From Pelagomonas calceolata (taxonomy: Eukaryota): DNA of 64,000 nucleotides. Position numbers and translations under genes: made by a program. Positions 9,968-20,300 of the stretch are shown here, piece after piece. The notes below the pieces were generated by a model. The model had not been told where the DNA came from. It made no database searches and saw nothing but the letters and a program-made list of their open reading frames with translations. Positions within the stretch are counted from its first letter, which is position 1. Each line of letters starts with the position of its first letter. The DNA lies in NCBI GenBank assembly GCA_918797485.1, contig CAKKNE010000001.1:2976001-3040000 (forward strand). The letters are read 5' to 3'.

Positions 9968-10519
9968 ATGCCGTGCGTCGTCGAGAGCGGCCTCGAGGCG
10001 CGCGAGGCGGACAGCTTCGAGTACCGCCGGGCGGCCCTGGACCGGCTGCGCGACCGCGGCCTGCTGAGCGAGCGCGAGCACCGGCGAAAGCTGGCGCGCG
10101 CGCGCTCGCGGCTCGCGGAGCTCGAGCGCGCGCGCGCGGCCGAGGAGGCGGCGCGCGCGCGGGCCGCGGCGGCGGCCGTTGCCGAGCGGCGGCGCGCGGC
10201 GGACGCGGAGCGCGCGCGCGAGCGGCTCCGCGGCGCGTCCTACGGCGTGGACCACCTGCCGTCGCTCTGGTTCGCGGCGGTCGTCATCCAGAAGACGTGG
10301 CGCGGCGTCCTCTGCCGCGTCGTCGCGAAGGCCATCGTCATCCAGAAGTACTGGCGCGGGTGCTTCACGCGGAAAACCGCGCGCCGGCAGCGCGTGGCCG
10401 CCCAGGCCATCGTCATCCAGAAGTACTGGCGCGGCGCGGCGACGCGGCGGCGGCCGCGCCGCGCCCTCCGCGCCGGCGCGCGGTCCGTCGCGGCGGCGCG
10501 GAGCTTCCGGGGCCTCTAG
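9968..10519 (+). CDS. IQ-motif (calmodulin-binding) protein with N-terminal coiled coil
   Basis: Three IQ motifs: VIQKTWRG, VIQKYWRG, VIQKYWRG. First ATG at 9968. Confidence 0.65.
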   Translation: MPCVVESGLEAREADSFEYRRAALDRLRDRGLLSEREHRRKLARARSRLAELERARAAEEAARARAAAAAVAERRRAADAERARERLRGASYGVDHLPSLWFAAVVIQKTWRGVLCRVVAKAIVIQKYWRGCFTRKTARRQRVAAQAIVIQKYWRGAATRRRPRRALRAGARSVAAARSFRGL

Positions 10520-10543
10520 CTCCTAAATACTCCTAGATACGTA

Positions 10544-11032
10544 TCATTTTTTACGGCGCTTGGCGAGGTGGTCCACGCGGAGGACGCCGTCGCGCGGGTC
10601 GGGCGCGAGGGCGTCGCCGCGCCGGCCGCGCTTGCCCTTGCGGCTCCCGCCGCGCGCCGCGTCGCGCTTCTCCTTGGGCGCGACGACGCCGCTCTCGCGG
10701 CGCTCCGCGAGGCGCTTGCGCTCGCGCGCGTCCTCGGCGCGGCGGATGCCCAGCACCATCTTGAACGGCATCTTGGGGTTCCGCGGCGCCTTGCAGCCGA
10801 GCGCCGCGAGGCGCGCGTCGTCGCGGATCTTCCGCTGGCGCTTGTCGAGGCCCGTCGCGCCGAGGTCGAAGACGTCGCGCTTGGCCGCGCGCAGCGACAG
10901 CGGCGCGGGGGCCGCGGCCGCGCGCGGGCCCCGGTCCGGTTTCCGCCGCGCGGGCGCCTTCCTCTTCGTCTTCGCGGGGGCGTTGCCGCTGCGCGAGTAG
11001 GCCATGCCCGGCAGCGCGACGACCTCGGCCAT
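10544..11032 (-). CDS. DUF4602/C1orf131-like basic nucleolar protein (40S biogenesis)
   Basis: VFDLGATGLDKRQRK....RLAALGCKAPRNPKMPFK and C-terminal RDGVLRV. Confidence 0.65.
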   Translation of the reverse strand: MAEVVALPGMAYSRSGNAPAKTKRKAPARRKPDRGPRAAAAPAPLSLRAAKRDVFDLGATGLDKRQRKIRDDARLAALGCKAPRNPKMPFKMVLGIRRAEDARERKRLAERRESGVVAPKEKRDAARGGSRKGKRGRRGDALAPDPRDGVLRVDHLAKRRKK

Positions 11033-11038
11033 GGTTTG

Positions 11039-11120
11039 CGCTTGCAGCCCGCGATGCGTTCGAGCGTGCTTGCAGCCGCGACGCGTTCAGCGCGCTTGCA
11101 GCTCGCGACGCGTTTGCAGC
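11039..11120. repeat. Short imperfect tandem repeat (~26 bp, three copies)
   Basis: gcttgcagc(c/t)gcga(t/c)gcgtt unit repeated immediately upstream of the 11032 ATG. Confidence 0.6.
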
Positions 11121-11279
11121 TACAGCCTGGCGAGGAGTCCAGCACAAGCAATGCGTCCGATCTCGTCGCAGCAACAGCACGGACGCACGCAGGAGGGCAC
11201 GTACAATCACTGCCACTCTACGATAAGCGACAATGCGTCCAGAGGGCGACCAATTAGGCCAGGCTCAGGCTCAGGCCGG

Positions 11280-11302
11280 GCTAGTGTCTTACAGGCCGCT
11301 AG
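11280..11302. promoter_or_regulatory. CTAG-bounded recurrent promoter-proximal element (GCTAGTGTCTTACAGGCCGCTAG)
   Basis: Identical 23-mer at 14488; near-identical copies at 34550, 36939(rc), 40339 and 55551(rc). Function is inferred from position only. Confidence 0.55.
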
Positions 11303-11373
11303 GTCGCAACTCGGGCTGAAGTGCAGGTCGGAGCGCATGTTAGGAGCGAGAGAGAGAACTGCAAAAGGTGTGC

Positions 11374-11952
11374 ATGATGAGGCGATGTCTGCTAGTAGTA
11401 GCAGCTCTCGCTGTCGCCGCCTTCCAGCACCCGTCCTGCAGCTCCTGCAGCCGCCTGCCGGCGAGGCTGCCGCCGCGGCCGGCGGCGGGCAACCGAAGGG
11501 CAGAAACGGGCGAAGCAACTAGGCGCCAGGCGCGCGTCGCGCAGCAGGTGCGGAGCGAGCTCGCGATATTAATCAGAGACGGCGCGACGCGCGTCAAGTC
11601 GACGGCGCGCGTCGACCCGGCGGTGCTGCGCGCGACGAGCGTCGTGGACGTGACGGTGTCGCCGGATTTGCGGGCCGCCACGGCCACGGTGACGACGCGC
11701 GGCGACGCCGCCCAAAAGCGCGAGGCCTTCAGTTGGCTCGTGGCGAACGCCAAGGGTTTTCGGTACGCCCTCGCGCAGCGGCTGCGCCACTCGAAGCGCG
11801 TGCCCGAGGTCACGTTCCGCAAGGCGGACGTCGGCGGCGCCGTGGCGCTGATGAGGTTGATTGACGAGGCCAATGAAGGCTTGGATGATGATGTCATCGA
11901 GGGCGGCCTCGACTTCGGTTTGGATCTCGACGAGTATGACGACGAAGACTAA
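11374..11952 (+). CDS. rbfA: Plastid-targeted ribosome-binding factor A
   Basis: Signal peptide ending AVAA-F (ASAFAP-type) plus transit peptide; RQARVAQQVRSELA, VVDVTVSPDLRAA, LAQRLRHSKRVPEVTF. Confidence 0.85.
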   Translation: MMRRCLLVVAALAVAAFQHPSCSSCSRLPARLPPRPAAGNRRAETGEATRRQARVAQQVRSELAILIRDGATRVKSTARVDPAVLRATSVVDVTVSPDLRAATATVTTRGDAAQKREAFSWLVANAKGFRYALAQRLRHSKRVPEVTFRKADVGGAVALMRLIDEANEGLDDDVIEGGLDFGLDLDEYDDED

Positions 11953-11964
11953 GTAAAAATCACA

Positions 11965-12930
11965 TTATTGCTGGGCGCAGTCGCCCGCGTCGCCGCCGTT
12001 CTCGGTAAATTTGCCCTGCGCGGTCTCGACCCACTGCGTCACCTCCTTCGCTAATTTTTTGTTCTCCCGCAAGGCGAGCTTCTTCGCGCGCTCGGCGTCG
12101 CGCTTCAGCGCCAGCGCGCCCGCGTCGCTCGCGTTGAGTTCGAGCGCGACGTCCGCGTCGCGCAGCGCATGTCTCAGTTTCTTCTGCGCGAGGTTCGCGC
12201 GGCCGCGGACGACGCGCGCGCTACACAAAAACCGCGCCTTCAGCTCCTCTGTACTATTTGCGAGGCCGCCCGCCAGCGTCGCCGCCGACGTCGAGTCCCT
12301 CAGGCGATTGACCTTCAGGCCGCACTTCGCCAGGTTCAAGTACAAGGAGCACTGGAGCTCGGCGTCATTCACCACCAAAATAACTCGTCTTCGATCGAGG
12401 TCGTCCTCATCGACGCCGTCGTCGTACATCACGTCGACAGTTTTTGTCGAGACATCACTGAGCGTGCCACACCTCAATTGGGAGTTGGCATTGATCAGGA
12501 CTCGGGCGCCTGTCGTCGGTGGCCGCTTTAGAACTTTGAGGGCCCGTTCGTAATGAGCTGCAGCATTAACCCAGTCCTTCTCGCCGAAGAGCGCGTTGCC
12601 CCTCCTTTTCAATTCTGATGCGTCGCCGCATGCACTCTCATCCATCTCAAAATCTAACAACGAGGACGCCTTCGACGCCTCGACGGTGCCCTCGCCGCCG
12701 TCGTCGTAGACGACATCAACTGAATCGCCGCCATCGTAATCAGACACCAGGCAGGGCTCCCGCCCGACGCCGCGCGGCGCCCGCACTCGTCCGCCCGTGC
12801 GCAGCAGTCTCCTTCTCTTCTCCTTCGTCGTCTGCGCGTCGAGGGCGTCTGCTAATTGGCGCAGGAGGCCGGGGTCGAGGTCGCCGCCGGTTACACGGGC
12901 TTTCAGCGCCTCAACGGCGGCGTCTTCCAT
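11965..12930 (-). CDS. TPR-repeat protein with two Tudor/Agenet-like segments
   Basis: TPR helices ELKRRGNALFGEKDWVNAAAHYERAL, LYLNLAKC, ALRDADVALELN; two V(D/E)V.YDDG segments. ATG at 12930 is preferred over the longer ORF start. Confidence 0.65.
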   Translation of the reverse strand: MEDAAVEALKARVTGGDLDPGLLRQLADALDAQTTKEKRRRLLRTGGRVRAPRGVGREPCLVSDYDGGDSVDVVYDDGGEGTVEASKASSLLDFEMDESACGDASELKRRGNALFGEKDWVNAAAHYERALKVLKRPPTTGARVLINANSQLRCGTLSDVSTKTVDVMYDDGVDEDDLDRRRVILVVNDAELQCSLYLNLAKCGLKVNRLRDSTSAATLAGGLANSTEELKARFLCSARVVRGRANLAQKKLRHALRDADVALELNASDAGALALKRDAERAKKLALRENKKLAKEVTQWVETAQGKFTENGGDAGDCAQQ

Positions 12931-13227
12931 CTGTGCGTGAAGCCTGGCCTCGCTATCTAGCCTTAGCGGCACGCACCAGGGTGCCAAAGACACTCGATGT
13001 CGATGGCCAGAGAGCCTCTGCAGCAGTGCCACACGCCACGAGCGCGAGACGCAGCGTTGCTCCGAGGGTTGCAAACCGCTCGCACAGCTGTAATCAATCA
13101 GCACAAGACCGCAGCGGACGGCCTCGACGCGGAGCAGCAAGTAGCAGTGACCTCGCCCAGCGCAGTCACCAGTCACAGCTCGTCCTAGCCGTAGCTTTGA
13201 TAGCACAACAAGAAGAGCTTCAAGAGC

Positions 13228-14442
13228 ATGCGCGCGGCACGATTCGCCCTCGTGCGCGCGCCGGCCGCGGCGCGGCTGCGGCGGCCACCGCTCGCGCGCG
13301 GCGCTGCGGCGCGCTGGTCCGACAAGGCCAAGGCGGACAGCGATGCCGCGGCGGCCGACGCGGCGCGCGACGCGAAGTTCGACGCGGCCGACGCGGCGCG
13401 CGACGCGAAGTTCGACCAGCGCGACGCGAAGGCGGACGCCAAAACCGCCAAGGAGGACGCCAAAGCACAACAAGCCGCGAAGGACGAAGCGATGGGCCGC
13501 GAGCACGCCGAAAAACTCGCGAACGCCTGGGACAGCGTGCAGCAACGCGCCAAGAACTTCGACTGGCGCGCGGCGCTGCAGGGCGCCTCCAGCGAATTGC
13601 GGCGGGCCGTCGACGAATTGAGAGGAGAGAACCAACCCTCGGTCCTAAAAAGGAAGGTCGGCTTCCAGGACCAGGACCAGGCGCCCACAGAAACAAAAGA
13701 ATTTGATCCCCGGGAAGCGCAGCTCATGGTCATCGAGCAGGAGGACACGTGGGCCGAGCTCCGGGAGCGGCTGCGCAAGGCCCCGATCATTTCTGATATT
13801 CTCGACGGGACGCAGCGCGCGAGGAAGCGCATCAACGAAACCTCTGCCGCGAAGCGCGTCAAGGATCTGGGGGAAGATGCGAGAGAGTTCTGGGAGACGT
13901 CCCAGAACCCTTTGGTGTATCAAGCCTCGTCCATTGTGGACGCTGTTACTGCCGAAACCGACACGGCGGCGGCGACGCGAGAACTACGACGGCTCGACCC
14001 GAACTTTTCGCTGGAGGTCTGGCGCGACGGCGTGAGCGAAGAGCTGTGCCCGCAATTTGTGGACGCGTTTATCCAAGGAGATACGATGAAATTGAAACCT
14101 TGGTTGAGCGAAGGCCTGTTCTCTCGACTATCGCATGAAATCAGATTAAGGAAGGAGGAGGGATTAGTTTATGACGACGCGCAAATAACCGACTGCGAAA
14201 AAGTGGAAATTATAGCTGTCCAGGTCGACGAGCAGCGGTCGCCCATCCTCGTCGTGCAGTTCATGACGCAGCAGGTCAATTGTGTAAGGAACAGGGAGGG
14301 GGACGTCGTCGAGGGCTACCCGTCGGACATCCGCGCGTACTTCTACGTCATGGCGTTTCAAAGGGAATATGATGATCAGAGTCATGAGCTCGCTTGGAGG
14401 GTGGTCGACTTCCAGCTGGGCGGCGGGGAGCCGTACTACTAA
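13228..14442 (+). CDS. TIM44: Mitochondrial import inner membrane translocase Tim44
   Basis: Arg/Ala-rich presequence; REFWETSQNPLV, ETDTAAATRELRRLDPNFS, LVVQFMTQQVNCVRNREGDVVEG. Confidence 0.9.
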   Translation: MRAARFALVRAPAAARLRRPPLARGAAARWSDKAKADSDAAAADAARDAKFDAADAARDAKFDQRDAKADAKTAKEDAKAQQAAKDEAMGREHAEKLANAWDSVQQRAKNFDWRAALQGASSELRRAVDELRGENQPSVLKRKVGFQDQDQAPTETKEFDPREAQLMVIEQEDTWAELRERLRKAPIISDILDGTQRARKRINETSAAKRVKDLGEDAREFWETSQNPLVYQASSIVDAVTAETDTAAATRELRRLDPNFSLEVWRDGVSEELCPQFVDAFIQGDTMKLKPWLSEGLFSRLSHEIRLRKEEGLVYDDAQITDCEKVEIIAVQVDEQRSPILVVQFMTQQVNCVRNREGDVVEGYPSDIRAYFYVMAFQREYDDQSHELAWRVVDFQLGGGEPYY

Positions 14443-14487
14443 CTTGCTCGAGTGTTATCTTTCTGGGTCGCAGAGACGTTTCCGCAG

Positions 14488-14511
14488 GCTAGTGTCTTAC
14501 AGGCCGCTAGC
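14488..14511. promoter_or_regulatory. CTAG-bounded element copy
   Basis: GCTAGTGTCTTACAGGCCGCTAGC, ~180 bp upstream of ATG 14687. Confidence 0.5.
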
Positions 14512-14686
14512 TCATTATATTTTTTGTAGTCAAAATACCTAACACGAGGGTATAGCCTGCTCAGCGCCCGCCGCAAACACATCAGAGACCTCAGACAGGC
14601 CTCCTGCGCAGCGCGCGCCCATACTTTTGGTCCCAGGGCTTCCCAGGCGCTCTATCAAAAGACCCTCTCCCGAGGCCCAAACCACC

Positions 14687-15589
14687 ATGTCGCGCCCAGA
14701 GAAGGAACAGGCCCCCGTGCCGGGCATGATCACCTGCCTCGTGACCCCCAAACTCACGTTCAGTGTACCGCGCGACGCGCGCTGGCGCACCGCGGCCGAC
14801 GTGCCCCAACAGGCCCTCCAGCGCGGCTTCGCGCACCGCTTCCCGCTGCCGCCCGTGAATCTGGACAAGCTGCGCTTCGAGAGCGTCGGCTCGACCAAAG
14901 TATTAAATGATACGGCCGTCTACCGGCTGACGTCATGTGAAGAGGCCGACGAGAGAATATTAGCTTCATTGTTGAAGGGCTTGGAGGCCGCGGTGGACAC
15001 GAAGCACCGCGCGTCGCTGGAGAAGGCCCGCACCGACTTATTGGCTTCCTCCGCAACCTTCCAGGTCATGGCCGGCGAGGTCAAGGAAAGGCAGGACGAA
15101 GCGCGGAGCGCATTGGACAGGGAGGTCCTGAAGCTCAACGCGAGTCTAGCAACGACGTCGAAACGGCTGTTTCTTCTTGAAAGAGAGAACGCCTCACTGA
15201 AGACGCAGACGTCGGCGACGCGCGCTTTGCAAGGCGCGACGGACTCGAGGCTCGATGCGCTCGAGGCCGAAAATAGCAACCTCAAGGCGCGCAACGCGTC
15301 GCTCGAGGAGGCGCTCGCGGCTTTACTAGAAAGGTGCGACGCGCACGCGGCGCGGCTCGACGCCTGCGAGGCGCGCGCGGTCGCGCCGCCGCCGCCGCCT
15401 GCTGACGTCTCCGCTGGAGAAACGCAGACGGAGCTCTTCATAACGGATGAAAGCGCGCGCGTCCTGGCCGTGTCCAAACGGCCGGCGCTGTCGCCGCGCG
15501 CAGCGCCGTTCGAACCATCTGAAGGCGTCGCCGAGTACAAGGCCGACGACGTTCCCGCCGAGGGCGTGCGGGAGAGTAAGACAAATTAG
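14687..15589 (+). CDS. Hypothetical coiled-coil protein
   Basis: Open frame with heptad pattern (LLERENASLK, LEAENSNLKARNASLEEAL); ATG in accATG context. Confidence 0.55.
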   Translation: MSRPEKEQAPVPGMITCLVTPKLTFSVPRDARWRTAADVPQQALQRGFAHRFPLPPVNLDKLRFESVGSTKVLNDTAVYRLTSCEEADERILASLLKGLEAAVDTKHRASLEKARTDLLASSATFQVMAGEVKERQDEARSALDREVLKLNASLATTSKRLFLLERENASLKTQTSATRALQGATDSRLDALEAENSNLKARNASLEEALAALLERCDAHAARLDACEARAVAPPPPPADVSAGETQTELFITDESARVLAVSKRPALSPRAAPFEPSEGVAEYKADDVPAEGVRESKTN

Positions 15590-16776
15590 ACCCAGCGCCC
15601 CGTGTCGTTGAGGACGAAAGACGAATCGCGATTCCTCCTCGGCGCGTAGTACGCGGGCCCCGGCGCGTCCGAGCCCTTGGGCAGGAACTTGCGCTCGGTT
15701 TTCGACACGAAGGATGACGACAGGGCCGTCCGCCGCCGGGACCGCGCCGCGGTGCCTCCAACGTCGTACCAGCCCGGGCCCGGCGTCGGCGTGTGCGTTA
15801 TTCTACCTTGCGAGCGGCCCCAGCGGTCCGCGCCGAGCGTGTGCTTCCAGGCCGCGCGCGTCGCCTTCGCCTGGTCGAGGCGCGACGCGTTGAAACCCGC
15901 GATCGCGTCGTACTCGGGACCGGGCTGCTTGCGCTGCGCCTGTCGCATGTTTTCGTATTTTAACGCGACGTGCGTCGGCGGGACCACGATTTCGTTGCCC
16001 GGGATCGCCAGCGCTTTCAGGTACGCGCGGTCGACGCTCGACTCGTAGGACGGCGCCGGAGCATTCCCGCGCTTCGTGTGGCTCCGCGACCATTTTGGCG
16101 CCAGATCGCGGCCGTGCGCGTCGTAGGCCCTCCACGAGGGGTCGTAGGCGCCCGGCGCCGGCCCGAAGGACTGGTACTTGTGGCGGCTACTTGTACTGGA
16201 GAAGGCCGCGCGGTAGTTCGTGATATTTCTGGCCGCGGTCGTGACGTATTGACCTGGACCAGGCACTTTTTCGTCCCGCCCGAAGGCCGCATCAACACGA
16301 CCCCGCTCGACCGTCGGCTTGATGAAGTTGCCGGTTTCCCTCTCAACCTTCTCGGGCGGTGGAGCCGCCTCCGCGACGCCACAGAAGCCCGGCGCCGGCG
16401 TCTCGCGCAGGTGCCGCGGCGCGAAGGTCGGCCTCACCGTCCCGCTGCAGAAGCCGCCCGAGCCCTTGCACGACACCGAGCCGCCCCGGTGGATCAGCGT
16501 CGTGACCGGCTGGTAGGGGCCCGGCGTCGGATCAGAAGTGGACGCGACCCAGCCTCGAATAGCCGTGGACCCAAACCCCAAATCGGGGCCGACGGCCGCG
16601 ACGGGGACGGCCGTCGGGAACTTCGACGGGATCGAGGCCACGGACCGGCCGCTCCGCGTCGTGCCCTGGCTGCGCCGCGACGCCGGCGACGGCGCCTCGT
16701 CCCGTACTAACTCGCCGCGGCCGACGCTCAGCTCGTCGATTGCGGTGGCCGTGGGCACGGCGATGGCCATGGTCAT
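15586..16776 (-). CDS. STPG/ODF3 (SHIPPO, PGP-repeat) axonemal protein
   Basis: Repeated TPGPYQ, VPGPGQY, PAPGAYDP, QPGPEYD, TPGPGWYD, APGPAYY motifs. Confidence 0.75.
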   Translation of the reverse strand: MTMAIAVPTATAIDELSVGRGELVRDEAPSPASRRSQGTTRSGRSVASIPSKFPTAVPVAAVGPDLGFGSTAIRGWVASTSDPTPGPYQPVTTLIHRGGSVSCKGSGGFCSGTVRPTFAPRHLRETPAPGFCGVAEAAPPPEKVERETGNFIKPTVERGRVDAAFGRDEKVPGPGQYVTTAARNITNYRAAFSSTSSRHKYQSFGPAPGAYDPSWRAYDAHGRDLAPKWSRSHTKRGNAPAPSYESSVDRAYLKALAIPGNEIVVPPTHVALKYENMRQAQRKQPGPEYDAIAGFNASRLDQAKATRAAWKHTLGADRWGRSQGRITHTPTPGPGWYDVGGTAARSRRRTALSSSFVSKTERKFLPKGSDAPGPAYYAPRRNRDSSFVLNDTGRWV

Positions 16777-17315
16777 CCTGGGCAGCCTCTTTGCGGCTTG
16801 GGGGTGCGCGTGGGCCTTGAATGGACCGCGCGCGCAGCCCGATTGGTCTCGGTTGCGAGTTCTTGGCACTGCAAAGGCGCGCTGTTGCGAGGCTCTCCCA
16901 GCGCCCAAAAAGTGGCAAGGTCCGGCGGACCCAGGCTTTTGGAGGGATCTATATACGTGTCCATCCCAGCCCTTTGGAACGATATATAGAGATATTTAGG
17001 CCAATCACTTCTGGCCAGCAAAACCCGGCACCTCAAATTCGATTTTAGCCGCTGCATCCTAAAATTGCCGTGTACGGCCGCTCATTTCGCCTGTGGCGGC
17101 GTGGTAGCCGCTCAGGTCAACCTCCGAGCGCCCCGTGCTGGCAGGCCAGGCTTTTTTTCGACGTACCGCCGCGATTGACGCTGCGCGGGCGCGATAAACC
17201 AAAGCCGTCGTTTGGGGCCAGCGCGGGCGACCGACGCCGCGCAGCGCCGCGAACGCACGCACAGCGGCGCCGCGCGCCCCGAGGAGCCGCGGACGACCGC
17301 GGACACCCGTAACGG

Positions 17316-20300
17316 ATGGCCCACGCGCGGCCGCCGCGGCGGAGCAGCGTCGGCGTGCCGCTCGACCAGCTCACGGAGTTCTGGCAGGTCTGGGACTGTT
17401 TGAGGGACTGCGGCTGGACGCAGGTGCGCGTGGGCGGCGACCCGCGCTTCGTGCGGCCGGGCTGCGCGTCGGGCTACGGGCAGGAGGGCTTCGAGTGGTT
17501 TGGGGATGATGAGGCCGTCCAGGACCATGTCAGGGACCACTGCATCGACGGGCGGGAGCGGACGGGCGCGCTCGAGTGGTGGGAGCTCTGGGACGCGCTG
17601 CGGGACCAGGGCTGGAAGAGGCATCGGAGTGGCAAGTTACTGGCGCCGGGCGGGAGCATAGAAGGTAGGGAAGGCGCACAATGGTTCGCGGCGCCGGACG
17701 ATGTCGTGGCCTTTCGTAAAAGACCACCAACAAAAACGAAGGACATCTCAGAGGCGTGGCGAGCATTGGAAGCGTTAGGATGGAAGGAGGACGCGCGCGG
17801 CCCGCACGGCCGCAAGGAAGCGAGGTACTTGCGGCCCGGCGGCGTGTCGGCGCGACGAGGCGGAATAGAAGGCCAGGACTTCTTCCGGAGCCGCGAGGAC
17901 GCTGTTGAGTATGCCGCCAAACATGTGCAAGAGGACGACGACGAGCTGAGGGTCGCGCCGGCATCCCCGCAAATTCCGCTGACCCAGGAGTCGCCCGACG
18001 ACCCGGCATCACCTAGACGCATGTCCTGCCCCATCGAAGCTCTTGGTTTAGGAGATACGCCGCGATGGCCCGTCTTCCGGAACTCGCCGATCCCGTTCGA
18101 CGAAAATTACGGCGAGGACGGTCCTCAACAACGGCGCCTGCCACGACGGGAGCCGCCTGTCACCGAGGAGGACGACGACTGGGCGTCGCTCTGGAAGGAT
18201 CTGAAGAGGGTCGGGTGGAGTCGCGCGGCGCCGTCTGGACTGGAGACGGAACGCTTTTTACGGCCCGGCGCGGAGCACTGCAGAGCGCTAGAACACAAAA
18301 GGCACTTCTTCACGTCTAGGACAGAGGTGCGGGACTTTGTTCGGTCGAGACGAGTGGACTGCGACGAACTCACGGGTCATGTGGACGAGGACGGTCCCAG
18401 TTCTTCAGACGACGACGTTCCCCAAGCCGTCGAGTCGCCGGAGAGCAGCGACTCCCCCGTACCACAAAGGGACACGCCGCTCTGGAGGAGGGCCCCGTCC
18501 GAGATCTGGAAAACCCTCAGAGACCACGGCTGGACCTATAAAACGGGGGATCTCGAGTATCCCTGGCACTACCTCCGACCGGGCGCGCGAAGGAAGGGCG
18601 GCATCCTAGGCATCGACTACTTCGGGAGCGAAGAGCAGGTCCGCGAGTTCGTCGAGCGGAAGAAAATAGACTTGGTGACGACCTTCGGCCACGTCGACGA
18701 GGACGCCCAAGCGGCGCCGGCAGAGAAGGGTACGAGAAGGCAGCAGGCCCTGAAGGCGCCGTCGCCGGACCAGGCCGGCTACGCGCCGTCGTGGCGGGGC
18801 CCGTGGGCGCAGAGCTGGGCGCAGCTGCGGGAGCTGGGCTGGGAGTGGCGCTACGGTCCCGCCGGCGCGACGCGCTGGGTGCGGCCCGGCGGCATCGACG
18901 ACGAGTCCAAGAACGTCCGGAGGGACGCGCGGAGCGGCGCCGAGTTTTTTGAGGGCGAAGACGCTGTGTTACGGTTCTGCCGCGAGTGGCAGGTCGGCTG
19001 GCAGGGTCGGACGGGCCACGTCTCCGAGCAGATGCTGATGGGACGGGCGCGCGCGCCGCGGAAGTCCCAGGGCAGTGCGCAGAAAGGTCGCCGGCGGAAG
19101 GCGCCCGAGCGGTTGGCGGACAAAGCGCAAGAGAAGAAGAAACCCAAAAAGATCGAGAAGGCGAAGGCGCGCGCCGCGGCGAAACGCGGCGCGGTCACGG
19201 CCGTCGTGAAGAGGAGGGCGTCGGACGACGGCGTGTCGCCTTCATTAAAACCCTTGTACAAATTGCCGCTGCAGGCCATGTGGCAGCGGCTGCGGGCGGA
19301 CCACGGCTGGCGCGACGCGCGCGGTGATAACCTGAGGCCCTGGTTTTATGTAAGACCAGGTGTTTCTGAGAAGCGGTCCGAGTGGCGCGAGGGCCGCGAC
19401 TACTTCGCGACGCAAGAAGACTTGAGGGCCTGGTGCGTCGACCATCGGATCGACGGGGTCGAGCGGAGCGGGTCGTTGAACGAAGTGTTGGAGTCGTCCA
19501 AGCCCAAATTAGTTGATCTGCGGGGCGCGGACCTGTGGCAAAGACTGAGAGAAGTAGGCTGGATCAAGCGCGCGTCGACGGACGCGTCGAAGCCGCCGTG
19601 GCGCTTCTTCCGGCCCGGCGCGGACGTCTTGGAGGTGCCTCCCACTAGAGACCACTTCTTCTGTAGTCTGGAAGACGTCGCGGACTTCGTCGTCTCACGG
19701 GCCATCGACGGCGTCGAGCGGAAGGGCCACGTCGACGAAGTCTACGAGGCGGCGAAGCCGAGGAAGCGGGGGCGGAAGAAGAGCCCGCCGCCGCCGCCGC
19801 CTCCTCCTGAGGATGATGATGACGACGACGGTGGCGACGCGCCGTCCGCGGGCGGGCCGCGCGGCCGCGGCGGCGGGCCCCGCGGCGGCGGCGGCGGCTC
19901 GCGGCCCCGGCGCGGCGGCGGCGGCGGCGGCAAGCCGCCGCCGCGGAAGCGCGGCCGCGGCGGCGGCGGGCCGCGCGCCGGTTCTAATGAAGACGGCGAC
20001 GCGCCGGACCGCGGCGGCTGCGCCGTCGCGGCGGCCGCGCCGCGGCGCTTCGGCCGCGAGCTCACGAACGGCTCCGCCGGCGGCGCGCCGCCGTCCACGC
20101 CCATGAGCGACGACGACGACGACGACGCGCTGCGCGTCGAGCCGCCGTCGCCGTCGGCGCCGCTGCTGACGCAGGCGGCCGCGGCCGTCCCCATGAGCGA
20201 CGACGACGACGACGACGACGACGCGCTGCGCGTCGCGCCGCCGTCGCCGTCGGCGCCGCTCCTGACGCAGGAGGCCGCCGCCGAGCCGCTCTCGCGCTCG

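Noticed and set aside
13351..13416. 33-bp tandem duplication in Tim44 (AADAARDAKFD twice)
   Set aside because: In-frame slippage in a poorly conserved linker; no evidence of function
12931..13635. N-terminal extension of the 556-aa minus ORF
   Set aside because: It overlaps Tim44 antisense and the promoter; the plausible start is ATG 12930
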